This document shows positions 10,867-21,805 of a DNA stretch of 64,000 bases, piece by piece. The stretch is from a virus: IMG/VR virus record IMGVR_UViG_3300010354_000001, positions 32,001 through 96,000 of that record; one strand, 5' to 3'. Each line of letters begins with the position of its first letter. Within the stretch, counting starts at the first letter, position 1. The position numbers and the translations under genes were made by a program. Under the pieces are notes generated by a model. The model did not search any database, was not told the DNA's origin, and was given only the letters and a program-made list of their open reading frames with translations.

Positions 10867-11801
10867 GCGGAGGAAGTTTAGATTATATTTATTGTAAGGT
10901 AGAAAGTGCGGCTCACGACATAGCTAGAGAATCTTTTACTAATAAAATACCAGAGCTAAAAGCTTTTAAAGATCATTTAGTTAAAGTAGCTGAAGTCTTG
11001 CATGACGTTGAGTGGTTTCTCTCTGGAGATTATGCAGAAGAAACTATGGTAAAGTCTATTAAGAAGTTACTTTCAGAGGAGCAAGTTTTAGACTCTGTCG
11101 TGAAAGAGGCTGAAGAGATATTAGTAAAACTTACTAATAGCTTAGAAAATTATAAAGGAGGTTCTAATGCAGCTAATACTAAATAATGGAGAAACTATAG
11201 ACGTTACATCAGATGAGGTAATTTTATACGTGAGTGAGGAAGACAGAGATAACTTTTATGATAGAGTCAGTATTGCAAATTTTAGTGCTATTTTAGACAT
11301 GCCTTATTGGTGGTTTAATTTATCAGCTATTGGTGTGAATGGCAAGGTGTACAAACTTACTGAAATCAAGGAGATCAAATGATAACAATAAATTTTAATA
11401 AGATTAAATCTAGACAAGTTAATATAGAGCTTGCCTTTACTACTAACCACTATAATCTGGATCATGCTCAAGCGTTAGATAAGATCAAACAGTATAGGAT
11501 TTTATCTAAAAGAAATGACTTCTTAGATGTGAACGATAAGAATGATAGAAGCCTGATCGCCGACATATTTAACAATTACTATGCTAAGGAAGAAGGACTG
11601 CCAGAAATAAGAACTTACTACAGTAATGATTATGCCCTACCTGATTCTATGCTGTCTGCTTACAAAAATAAATATAATAGATTCATACTTTTTACTAAAA
11701 TTAGACCTTTCTATGTCAGCTTGGATAGATACTTAAAACATTACGAAAATATCAAATGGCTGATTGAAAGTGATAACATAAAAATAAAGGATGTGAGTTA
11801 A
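10863..11801 (+). CDS. three hypothetical ORFs (10863-11186, 11167-11382, 11379-11801)
   Basis: Tightly overlapping co-directional ORFs. Confidence 0.6.
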
Positions 11802-12007
11802 TGTTGGCTAGAAGCTTTAAGGAGTATATGGACGTAGTAGGCTCTGTGGAGCACGAAAACGAAACCAAGACTTGGCACGGTAGTTTACTAAGTATAAAAG
11901 ATCGTCCTATCGATGCACTAGTGACTTACGAGGCAGAGAGCCTATTGGAGTTGCAGCAAGCTTTTCATGAAGCTGTGAAAGAGTATTATAGGATAGGCGG
12001 TGAGTAG
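11801..12007 (+). CDS. HicB-like antitoxin domain protein (solo, no DNA-binding domain)
   Basis: GSVE...HGSLLSI.D..VTYEAESLLELQQAFHEAVKEY fits the HicB N-domain pattern. Confidence 0.65.
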   Translation: MLARSFKEYMDVVGSVEHENETKTWHGSLLSIKDRPIDALVTYEAESLLELQQAFHEAVKEYYRIGGE

Positions 12008-12063
12008 ATTGTTTAATCACCGCAAATCTGCTATGATAAAAACAAAACAAAGGAGAAAATTAA

Positions 12064-12705
12064 ATGTTTTACAGTAAAGAATTAGAAGAAATAAAAAAAC
12101 TACTAGCCGAAAGAGATAGTGAAGCAGAGAGACAACGTAGAGAAATCAGAGATCTTAACGCAACTAACGCAGGTCTTTTAAAAAAGATTGAAGATATTAC
12201 AGATGCAAGAGATAAAAAGATCGAAGATGCTAAACATGAGGCTATAAGACAAGAGTCTTATAAAATTTCTGCTTTGGAGAATGATAAGAAAAAATTAGAG
12301 TTAGAGTTAAGTAATGTTTCTACTAGAGTTAAAATGGAACTTTCTACAGAACTTAACAAAATCACTACTTTACAAGTAGAGATCGAGAAACTAATAGCTG
12401 AGAATACCGCCCTTAAGACAGTGGGTGAGTCTGAATATCTAGCTAAGCTTGCTAAGCTGGATGCGGAGCATAAGGAGTACCAAATTACTGCCGAAAGTAT
12501 AATTAAAGACTTAAAGAATAATTTAGCTAAGGCAGAGTTAAATGCTGCAAATGCAGAGGAAAGAGAAAAGAATACTATTGAGAGATACAGTAAAGAGATT
12601 CAAAGGCTTACTGAGTCTAGAGACAGTATGTTTAAGCAGGTGCAAGAGAGCAATGAAAAACTGCAAGCTATCGTACTTAAAAAATACGACAAGGTAGATG
12701 GATAA
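12064..12705 (+). CDS. coiled-coil protein
   Basis: E/K/L heptad-rich; preceded by TGCTATGAT and AGGAG. Confidence 0.6.
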   Translation: MFYSKELEEIKKLLAERDSEAERQRREIRDLNATNAGLLKKIEDITDARDKKIEDAKHEAIRQESYKISALENDKKKLELELSNVSTRVKMELSTELNKITTLQVEIEKLIAENTALKTVGESEYLAKLAKLDAEHKEYQITAESIIKDLKNNLAKAELNAANAEEREKNTIERYSKEIQRLTESRDSMFKQVQESNEKLQAIVLKKYDKVDG

Positions 12706-13823
12706 TATCTACTTAACAGTTGACCAAATATCGGATAGAGTTTCTAAAGAGGCTCTATCTGATAGGTTAATAAAAAAAAGATGTGAACACTATTCTAATA
12801 ACGCAAAGCTAGACTCTAAGGGTGATGAGTATGCGGATAGGTTAGACAAGGCTCTTAGTTATCTTTCTAATAGAAATCTCAGGATAGAGAACTGGTGCAT
12901 AGGAGTGATTACCGTACCAGACTGCCCAGACATAATACTTAGCATTTACACGTATGATAGAGATTATGGTGATTTTAATGGTAGTGATTATAAAGATTCT
13001 CAGAGGTATTTAGATAGCGGGAAAATTCTACATCCATTAGATGCGGAGGGACATAGAAGACTGTTTCTATCTATAATTAAAGAAACTTTATTACGTCCAG
13101 ACGTATACACAGATGGAGTACCTCAAAAATGGACCATAGTGAATAATGCTAGAGATGTAAAATATAAATTAAATAACGGCATCATAGGATATGGTAATAG
13201 TGTGGAGTGGAGAGCAAACTTTGAAGGGGCTTATGGGTATAGTTGTCCTTCCATAATTAAAGACCATGGATAATATTTACAAACTAGTAGATGATGCCTG
13301 CGTCAAGGTTAAACACGACATTAAGTGCAGGGTGGAGACTGATCGGATCATTCATCACCTAGATGCTCTTATGTGTCTTTCTCATTGGACTGGGGGTAAC
13401 TGGCGAGAAGAAACTACAGAAGAGATACTATATAGGACTAAACAAGGAATGAGATCGCATAATACAGTTTCATTATTTTCTTTTTTAGGGGTTGTGTGGG
13501 AAGTAGGGTACTTCGTAGATGTTCAGACAAGCAGTAGACGTTTCGGGGACTGGGAACAACATAACCAAAGAGTGCATGATTTAAAACTGGCACTTGATCC
13601 TTACAGAATGACTGGCTTACTTCTGTCGCAGGTAAAAAGCTTTATAGAAGATAATAGCTCCAGGGTGTTTGATATTAAGCCAGAAGAAATAGAAAAGTTT
13701 GTACTTCCTATTAAGAATGTGGTTTGGATCGGAGAGGTTAATCATAGTAGGCTCTATTCGCATAGTAATTGCGAGGCTGTGGTAGAGTGGAAATTAAAGT
13801 CCACACAAGAGTTAGGGGTGTGA
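12698..13823 (+). CDS. two hypothetical ORFs (12698-13273, 13266-13823), both starting MDNIY
   Basis: ORF track. Confidence 0.6.
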
Positions 13824-13997
13824 GAGGCTAACCCCCCCCCTCGCTTCTTACGGAAGGCTTTAACCGCTCTAGGATAGCTTATTGAGTATTATTCTGTCGC
13901 AAAAAAAGTATAAATTTGCGATAAATACTATAGGAGAAACAGTATCAACTCAAATGATATAAAGGTGATAATGGTTATAAAGATATAATCAGTAGCG

Positions 13998-14309
13998 TTA
14001 AACATCTTCTTTATCAGTAGGTCTAAGTGCAAACTCTACTCCATCTAAGAATGATTCTAACTTTGTTTTAGATTCTTCTAGCTCTTTAGCATAGCCGTAT
14101 AATTCATTTTTTATAGTATCTTCTATGTAAGATATAACCTTAGGAAGATGTAATCTTATCTGATCGTAATCATTCTTAGTAAGTTCTGCTTGCACATCCG
14201 CTCTACTAAGTTTTCTACTTACAGCAGCCTCTAACTCACCGTGTTTAAACCAGTTTCTCATTAAATTAGAAAATTCTATTTCGTCTAGTCCTTGTATATA
14301 TGGTCTCAT
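13998..14309 (-). CDS. hypothetical protein
   Basis: ORF preceded by extended -10 TGCTATAAT. Confidence 0.6.
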   Translation of the reverse strand: MRPYIQGLDEIEFSNLMRNWFKHGELEAAVSRKLSRADVQAELTKNDYDQIRLHLPKVISYIEDTIKNELYGYAKELEESKTKLESFLDGVEFALRPTDKEDV

Positions 14310-14440
14310 AACTTACATTATAGCACACGGTTTAGATTTATTATATTAGGTCTATTAAAAGTGGACTTGTCACAAACTTAGTAAACTTTTGTGACGATAT
14401 TTCCGTAAAGGGAATTATTTTAGTCGTTAGGGAAATGTAA

Positions 14441-14515
14441 TGGCACGTTCTGAAGGACTTGAACCTTCTACTAAGGTTTTGGAGACCTTTGTTTTACTAG
14501 GTAAACTAAGAACGC
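14441..14515 (-). tRNA. tRNA-Trp(CCA)
   Basis: Anticodon arm AAGGT-CTCCAAA-ACCTT, T loop GTTCAAG, encoded CCA. Confidence 0.9.
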
Positions 14516-14519
14516 ATTA

Positions 14520-14594
14520 TGGAGCGAACGGTGGGACTTGAACCCACAACCAACAGTTTGGAAAACTGCTACTCTGCCGTTGAGCTACATTCGC
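14520..14594 (-). tRNA. tRNA-Gly(TCC)
   Basis: GCAGT-TTTCCAA-ACTGT, U73, encoded CCA. Confidence 0.92.
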
Positions 14595-14655
14595 ATAATG
14601 TAAGGGCTAGGAGGATTCATATATCAGCCCTTACAAGTAATATTATAACACGGCC

Positions 14656-16170
14656 TTAGTGTATATTCCTTAGCCAAGGTTTTTTAATTTTGGAGTCGAA
14701 GTCTAAAGAAGAATGTGTCTTTACCAAATCGGAGCAATGTTCGATTCGCAAGCCCCAACCACCTTCCACTTCCCTAAAATGAAAATCAACTGTTTTAAAG
14801 TTATCGTATTTTAAATTTCTTATTACTTTAAAATCCACAGTATCAGAATCCAAGGACTTGCAATCTATAGAGAATCCTTCAAATCTATAGTACTTATCCT
14901 TTACTTGGTCGTAAAAGATGTAACTCCATCTGCTTTCTTTTGGTGCTTTAGTATTAAGCTCAGATACTCTAAAATACCCGTCAGTAGTTTCCAATAATAT
15001 TTTTTCGATAACGTCTAAAGTAATCATATAAATAACTCCCTCTTAGTATCTACTTGCTTGACAAAAGAAGGAAAAAGCTTTTTAAATTCTTTATTCATCA
15101 TCCCTCAAATTTACATAAATGCAAATAATTATAAACATAAGTAGAACTAATTTCGTTATCCAGCCCATCACTGGGTGTTCCCCATAGGTCTGATCTAATC
15201 CCATAATTAAAGAGCCTTCCAGCATTGCGTTAAGGTAGTTTTTTCTTGTCATTTTAAATCCTCCATACGGCAAGCCCAAGAAGCAGCTAGGGCACAAATA
15301 CAAACGACTAAAAGCCCTACAAGAATCCAACCTAAATAAGGCTCAAGCCACATAACATAAGCTTTTAAAAACTTAAAAATTAGATGAGTACCCAGCCCCC
15401 AAATCGTAAAAACTCCAAGTGCTTTTAAAAAGTTAATCAAAAATCTCATTCCTTAAACCTCACATTTTTACCGCCTATTAGTTCTTTTGTCCGTTTGCTC
15501 ATCGTAAAATGAACATGGAGCACGCCATCTATGAAAGCTTTAGTTTCTTCCACTGTACCGCCAATAAAAACAGTTTTAAAAGGTTTATCACTACCTATCT
15601 TTCTTTTTTTAATTTCTTTTTTGCAAATGAATAAAATTTCGTCCTCCTCACAGAAATATTGAGAAATACAATCTTGGTAATTTCTAAAGTATATTTCTAA
15701 ATTCGCTATTGTGCTCATTCCTTAAACCTCACATTTTTATCCATAATCAAGATCCTTTAGACCTTTTAAGTTTCTCTTTTACTTTAAAGAAAAAAAGCAC
15801 TAATAAAGTAACTACAACTACTATACAAAATTCTTGATTCATAACTAATATACTAACATACTTGAGGGAAATACTCCTTTAGTATACCCCTAATTAAACT
15901 AAAAGATTCTGCACTAATATCTAGGTCTTCTTCTAATATATCTTCTTGCTTAGTTTTATTTTCTACGTAAACCGTAAGCTCTTTATTCTTCCATACTTCC
16001 ATAGAGAAGTAATAAGATTCATTTTCTATTATTACTTGGTAAGCTCCTTGATTCTCGCCATAGTAGTCTAGTAAGGCATCTTTGTGCCCTTTATATTTGT
16101 CTTGTAATTCTTTAACAAATTCAGGTAAAGTCATATACTCAGTATTACATAAGATCAAGTCTGTAGGCAT
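14656..16170 (-). CDS. cluster of small hypothetical ORFs (14656-15027, 15091-15252, 15249-15449, 15446-15718, 15853-16170)
   Basis: Co-directional packed ORFs. Confidence 0.55.
15445..15739. repeat. 26-bp direct repeat CTCATTCCTTAAACCTCACATTTTTA at 15445-15470 and 15714-15739
   Basis: Exact duplicate flanking ORF 15446-15718. Confidence 0.85.
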
Positions 16171-16630
16171 TAAATTTATCTTTTAATTCTTTGGGGTAAT
16201 GCTCATGACACCATACAAATGCTTCATAAGCTGATTTAGTCCTATACAAGTATTCATCTATACCTATGCCTATATGTCGAGGAGTGCACTCATCTATAAA
16301 ACAAACACTTTTCATTGCGGTGTGTCCAGCCCATGTATAGGTGATTTCACTGTCATGCTCATACCCTTCATACTCAGGTAGACATGCCTCAAGTGCACCT
16401 TTAGGAATAATTGGAGTTAAATGATCTATAAACCTAAAGAAAGCAGGTAGAGTATCTGGTCTTTGATCTATCTCATAAAGTGTTATATCTCTAGCTACAG
16501 CTAGGTAGTTATTAGCTCGGTTATAAAACCGTCCTTGTTCATTTACAAATACGTTAGATACTCTACGGAAGTCATATCCTAAATCTAGTATCTTTTTACT
16601 TTCTTCGTAGGTTAGGTTTAATTCGATCAT
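16145..16630 (-). CDS. MIELN-family paralog 1 (hypothetical)
   Basis: Shares MIELN.YEESKKIL.LGYDF, PIIPK.ALEACLP and EAF.WCH with 31697-32197 and 32194-32739. Confidence 0.75.
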   Translation of the reverse strand: MIELNLTYEESKKILDLGYDFRRVSNVFVNEQGRFYNRANNYLAVARDITLYEIDQRPDTLPAFFRFIDHLTPIIPKGALEACLPEYEGYEHDSEITYTWAGHTAMKSVCFIDECTPRHIGIGIDEYLYRTKSAYEAFVWCHEHYPKELKDKFNAYRLDLM

Positions 16631-16652
16631 TTATTTACTCCTTCAGGATTAC

Positions 16653-16934
16653 CTAATTCCCATTCAACTGTTTAAGTCCTATACCAGTACAAATTGCAGT
16701 TGCTATAGTACTTAAAATACTAGCAGCAATATCAGCATTTTCCATAACTCCCTGATTAATATATAAAATTAAAGCAGAAAATATAATAAAATAAAAAATA
16801 AACATCAAAGAAACAATAAATACTGCAAATGCTAATATACCTGCAATTTGTAAAGATAAAAAGAAATCTCCCTCACATACATTTAGAGAAAATATAAACA
16901 GGATTAATAAGGTGCAGATTGTAAAAGTTAACAT
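16653..16934 (-). CDS. hydrophobic membrane protein
   Basis: About three TM segments. Confidence 0.55.
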   Translation of the reverse strand: MLTFTICTLLILFIFSLNVCEGDFFLSLQIAGILAFAVFIVSLMFIFYFIIFSALILYINQGVMENADIAASILSTIATAICTGIGLKQLNGN

Positions 16935-17069
16935 ACAGCTATTATAACATAAAATTTACCTCTCAAACCATATGGTAATGTAGCATCTGGTTTTAAAATT
17001 TTCTGGGGAATTTTTTAGGTATTTAGGTTTTTTGGGATTTTAGAAGTGGTTTTTGGAATTACTGTATGT

Positions 17070-17375
17070 GTCTTTTTTGAGGTTTATTTCTTTTATGACA
17101 TACCGATATGGGGAATCCCGTTTCGTTTTTTGAGGCTTAATTCTTTTCGGGCGTAGCGTCTGATTTTAAAAATATGTAGGAATTTTTTTGGGGATTGTGT
17201 TTTTTCTAAATTCTGAAATGGCTTTGGGGTTATTGTGTGTGTTTTTTTGAGGCTTTTGAGCGTATTTTTTAGAGTGATGTAGCGTTTGATTTGAAATTTT
17301 AAAGAGTTTAATTCTTTTCGGTATGTCTTTTTTGAGGCTTAATTCTTTTCGGATGTAGCGTCTGATTTGAAATTT
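17070..17375. repeat. degenerate direct repeats TTTTTTGAGGCTTAATTCTTTTCGG..GTAGCGTCTGATTT
   Basis: Near-full copies at ~17126-17166 and ~17328-17368, plus partial copies. Confidence 0.7.
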
Positions 17376-18464
17376 TTGTGGGGTTGTGTCTTAGGCTACT
17401 TTTCACGTAAATACGTATTACCGATTTTTGACTCTAAACTGGGTCCCTTAAAAGCATGGCTATTCAATGATTTTGGACTATCTGCAAGGCTCCATAGCAA
17501 ACGAATTCACGCAAAAACTAGAAAATATATACTTCAATATCGAAACAACGTATAAAGAGAATCCTCAAAGGTCTAACAAGATAATTGCACGCAAGCTAAT
17601 ATGCTTATCGGCTAGCAAAGGCACGCAAGGCGTGAAATTTATGACATTTTGAAGGCTTTTTATCAGTTCAAGATAACACTGTATTATCTTTACTAAGTAA
17701 GAAAGGGATAATGGCTCCTAGTCTAGGTTATACGGTTTATAGTGTTTTACGCAAAGCAAAATAAGCATATTATCTTGTGCAAGTAAGAGTATGCGATAAG
17801 AACTGGACTGTTTTTAACCTAATTTCTGAAATAAGTTTCTTAACAGCTTTAATCAGGACTTTTAAAAGTCCTAGATTGATATTTTAAAGTTTATTACATT
17901 AGCCGATACAGTGATTTGCACTTTATATATCGCTAGAACCCTGTTATAGAAAGGGTTACAACTGATAGCAAGTTTTTCATTCTACATCTATCATTAGAAT
18001 TATGTCCAGTAGTGCTTTTCAGCGAATTTAAACTTTAAATGACTGGCCCATTTATTGTCGTGAAAGCCTTTTATAGACTGGTTTTCAGTGTCTTAAGAGT
18101 AGGGAAAGTTCCATGCTTGGGCCGATTTTTTACATCTACAGAGTAGAGACGGAAGCGGTAGCTTTATGCTCTTAATTAAAGTGTAATACATTGATTATTG
18201 GGAATTTAGACAGGGCCAGAAGGCTCTAGGACGAACGAAAATAGGTCTAAAGGTATAAATACTAGGCTATGGTATTTATTACGCTCCTAGCCGATAAGTA
18301 AATTATTTTGTTAATTTGTAAAGCGTAAATATAGATTTTTTACTGGAAAATGGGTATTTTGGGGCCCGAGATTTATATATTTCATTCTGAAAGCCTTTGC
18401 TGGAAAGGGTTTTAAGCTGTAAAAAGCCATATAAAAAAGTTTTACCCGCAACATACAAGCCCCC

Positions 18465-18600
18465 CCAATAAAGCCATAAAAAGCCCCAAAAAAGCCATAA
18501 AAAAGAGCTGATAAGCTCTTAAAAGAGCCGTAAAAAAGAGCTGAAATAAAGAGCTGAAAAGCTTTTAAAAAAGAACTGGAATATAAAGAGCTGGAATAAA
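18465..18600. repeat. A-rich short repeats (AAAGCC, AAAGAGCTG)
   Basis: At least 6 AAGAGCTG-like units. Confidence 0.7.
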
Positions 18601-18869
18601 CTTTTAAAATATCCCTACTACTGGATACTTTTTAAATATCTCCCCTACAAGTACAAGGGCCCATAAAAGGCCCGATAAATACTTCTAAAATCCTTTATCT
18701 AAGCATGTTCTAAGCTATTTTAGGCCCTAAGTAAAATATTAGGCCTTATAGATATTCTTAAAACTCTTTACTGATGAAGGTTCTAAGCTATTTTGGGCCC
18801 GAGAAAGTTATATAAAAAGAGCTGGTATAAAAAGCTAAGTAATTACATTGTTATTACTTTTACAAAATA

Positions 18870-18908
18870 AAAAAAGAGTTGAGATCTTTTAACTTCTCAA
18901 CTCTTTTA
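18870..18908. terminator. bidirectional intrinsic terminator-like hairpin
   Basis: AAAAGAGTTGAGA...TCTCAACTCTTTT. Confidence 0.6.
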
Positions 18909-19353
18909 TAGTGTATCGGGGGGCCTAAGGCTATATTAAGCTAAGCCCTGTCTTCCTATCTGTTATAGATAGGGTATTACCTGCGAGGCCGTGAAAATAG
19001 ACCTCTGCCTGTTTATACCCCTTAGCACTCAAAATGCACTAGCGTCTTACCGCTAGCCGTTATATAAACAACTTGACGGTATCCATCAATGATTATTGAA
19101 TCGTTCATTTGTACTACTCTATTAATTAATTTATTTTCCATACCTACTATTTTAACATATTTAATTAAGATCTGCTTAAGAAAGTAATATATTTTTAGTT
19201 TATTAACTTTATTTAATACTTGTTAGTGTTATGCGGCCTTATGGGATTGTATTAAAATTGCTTATCGGCTTAGGGGTTAAAATCTTGCAGTTGCTACATA
19301 TGTATCTTTTTTAAATTTACTAGCTTATGCCGATAAGCAGAAATATAAGCAAT

Positions 19354-19381
19354 AAAAAAGCCTAGCGGGGGGGCTAGGCTT
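19354..19381 (-). terminator. intrinsic terminator after ORF 19400-19585
   Basis: AGCCTAGC-loop-GCTAGGCT followed by T-run on the minus strand. Confidence 0.7.
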
Positions 19382-19399
19382 GGGGGGGTTTATTGGGGA

Positions 19400-20879
19400 T
19401 TAGTTAGACTTAGCTAACCTAATCCAGGTATTTACCTCCGCCATTTCTGCAGAAGTGAACTCTATGAATTTTATACCCATCTGCTCAGCTTCTTGGGTAG
19501 TGGCTTTAATTTTAGCTAGTAAAGCTAAATTAGCTTTAGTAGCTTTAGTAGCTCTTATTAAGTTTAGCACTGCATTTTTTCCCATAATTTACTTCTTTTA
19601 GATTTGTTTTAGCTGTTTACTCAGCTCTCTATACTTCTTATATTAGCATATAAAATTAAGCTATGGTTAAGAACATGCTAATAAATCGTTAAAAGATTAT
19701 AAGGATTTTTTTAAAGAAATTATAGTCTCCTTTAGTTCTAACAGTTTAGATAAAGGTAATTTTACTCGCACATAGTCTCCTAGATTATTAATAACAACTA
19801 GAATATATTTATCTAGGTCTTTAATATCTTCTAGCTCCCTGTCACAAGAGCTAAAATCGGGAGTCCCGTCCCAATTATTAACATAGGCCAGATGGTCATC
19901 TATTAGATCAAATAACCTATCTTCCTCCGAACCTTCATAATCGCTAATACTAGCGATTCTATCGGGGGAGACTTGCCGCTCTTTTGTCCCCTTGTATATA
20001 GTGTTAAATAACATTTTTTATTCTCCTTTACCTAGTTTTAAGATACTAGGATCTATTTTTAAGGGCCCGAGTTAGGGCCCCTGCTACTACATCTCTACTG
20101 CGATTAAATCGCTGAACCATACTCTCTCAGCAGGAGAATTTCTAACTACTCGGTTAGAATACACGTCATACGGCCGTATTATAGCAAACGTCCCCGTAAA
20201 TCCTACTAGTTTATACACTAGGCAACTTCCAGACTTTCTACATAATTTACTCATAATTTTTCAGCTCCTTTATACCTATAATATTAACACATAAAGTTAA
20301 TAAGTGGTTAAGAATATTTAAAAATATTCTTTTATTAACTTTATTTAATTTTCAAAAAAATTAGCCTGCTCTTTTACATGCCGCCTAAATAGTTTTTTGG
20401 CTTCTGTTAAACTATAAGCTGCATACCTTTTTTTATAAAATACCCCTTTATAATGGGTAGTTAAAATAATATCCCCGCTAGGAAATAATTTTTCTATATC
20501 TATTTTCATTTTGGCCTTTTACTGTTTGTTGAGTTTACCAGCTCTCTATACTATGCTATATTATTAAAATGGTATGCCTGGACTTATACATATACAATAT
20601 AACCAGTCTGCTGTATGCCACGCTGCTATAGTTAGGGCCATAGCTGCTAAGAATTGTACTAGTGTTATTTTGTTATCCATAGTTTTATTATTCCCTTTAT
20701 TTTAATATTATATTTTTGTATAAAGTACGTCCGTGTCCATCTTGAACATTACTCGGGATAGTTACCTGAGTTATCACGTAACCTAGCTTGACATGATTTT
20801 TAAGCATAGGTAGGTCATGATAACTATTAGTTAGTCCTATAACATGTGTTTCTTTTTTTAACGTATAATATTTTAGCAT
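19400..20879 (-). CDS. small hypothetical ORFs (19400-19585, 19697-20014, 20697-20879 and shorter ones)
   Basis: ORF track; RBS-like AAGGAG/AAGGG upstream of several. Confidence 0.5.
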
Positions 20880-20918
20880 AGTTTTTTTATTCCCTTTATT
20901 TATTGTTTTTAACCTATT

Positions 20919-21620
20919 TTAATCATTATTTTTTATAACGGGCATAATCATAACTGTAATATTATCTTGTTCTATGAATACAGGACTCTTAAGGATTCTC
21001 TCCCCTTCTGCATGCGTATAAAGTAGAATACCTTCCTGATTAGAAGTTTTAACAAGAGTTAATAAATCCTTAACATAAAAATTAACCTCCTTGGTTGCTT
21101 CGTCAAAATCTATAGAATCCTTTGCATTTAAAGTAATTGAATCATTTTTATTTTTAAAAGCATTTAAAGTTTTAAGCAAAGAACTTTTTTTAAAAATTCC
21201 CAATACTTTTTTATCTTCAATTAAGCACCCTAAATAGTTAGGAGCTTTAATGTCCAAGGACTCAGCACTATAGGTAAGTTTAACTTCTTTATAGCAGTTT
21301 AAAACTTTAAAAGTAACTGTATTATCTAGTTTTTCGATAGTTACTTTAAAGCCCTTTTTATCCAACTTGTTGAAAGCCTTTAAAGCAGTAGTTAATACTG
21401 CTACATCCTTACTATCCAGTAATACATAATTATTACTGGTAGAATCAGTAGGGCCTAATTTAGTTAATACCAATTTGCTGCTATCGGAAGCTGCTATGTA
21501 AGCCCCGGATATGTAAATACTGTTAAGTATACCAATTGATTTGGTATTTACATAATCCAGGCTACTGCTAAGGCAGTTAACTAAATCTAAACTATTTATT
21601 TCTAAGATTGTTTCTGTCAT
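20919..21620 (-). CDS. DNA polymerase III beta-clamp-like protein (divergent, shortened)
   Basis: ILNSIYI...AASDSSKL resembles DnaN ILxGV...ATDGHRL; PNY and C-terminal MIMPV. Confidence 0.55.
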   Translation of the reverse strand: MTETILEINSLDLVNCLSSSLDYVNTKSIGILNSIYISGAYIAASDSSKLVLTKLGPTDSTSNNYVLLDSKDVAVLTTALKAFNKLDKKGFKVTIEKLDNTVTFKVLNCYKEVKLTYSAESLDIKAPNYLGCLIEDKKVLGIFKKSSLLKTLNAFKNKNDSITLNAKDSIDFDEATKEVNFYVKDLLTLVKTSNQEGILLYTHAEGERILKSPVFIEQDNITVMIMPVIKNND

Positions 21621-21805
21621 TGTTTTTATTCCCTTTATTTTATTCCCTTTATTTTTAAATATTAACATATCTTTTAAAAAAAATATGGTCTTATAAAAAA
21701 ATTAAAAATTAAAATAAGCACTGCCCCGATAATTGTCAATACATTTATAAAAACGTATATACTGAAAGCATCTAAATCGTATTTACTCATTGTTTTTACC
21801 TTTTT

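Noticed and set aside
13895-14396. Two similar palindromes (GTCGCAAA..TTTGCGA; GTCACAAA..TTTGTGAC) flanking ORF 13998-14309
   Set aside because: Only two loosely similar copies; could be ordinary terminators or operators
17070-18600. Possible CRISPR array
   Set aside because: Repeats are degenerate and irregularly spaced, without unique equal-length spacers; the Cas4-like gene lies in a recombination cluster
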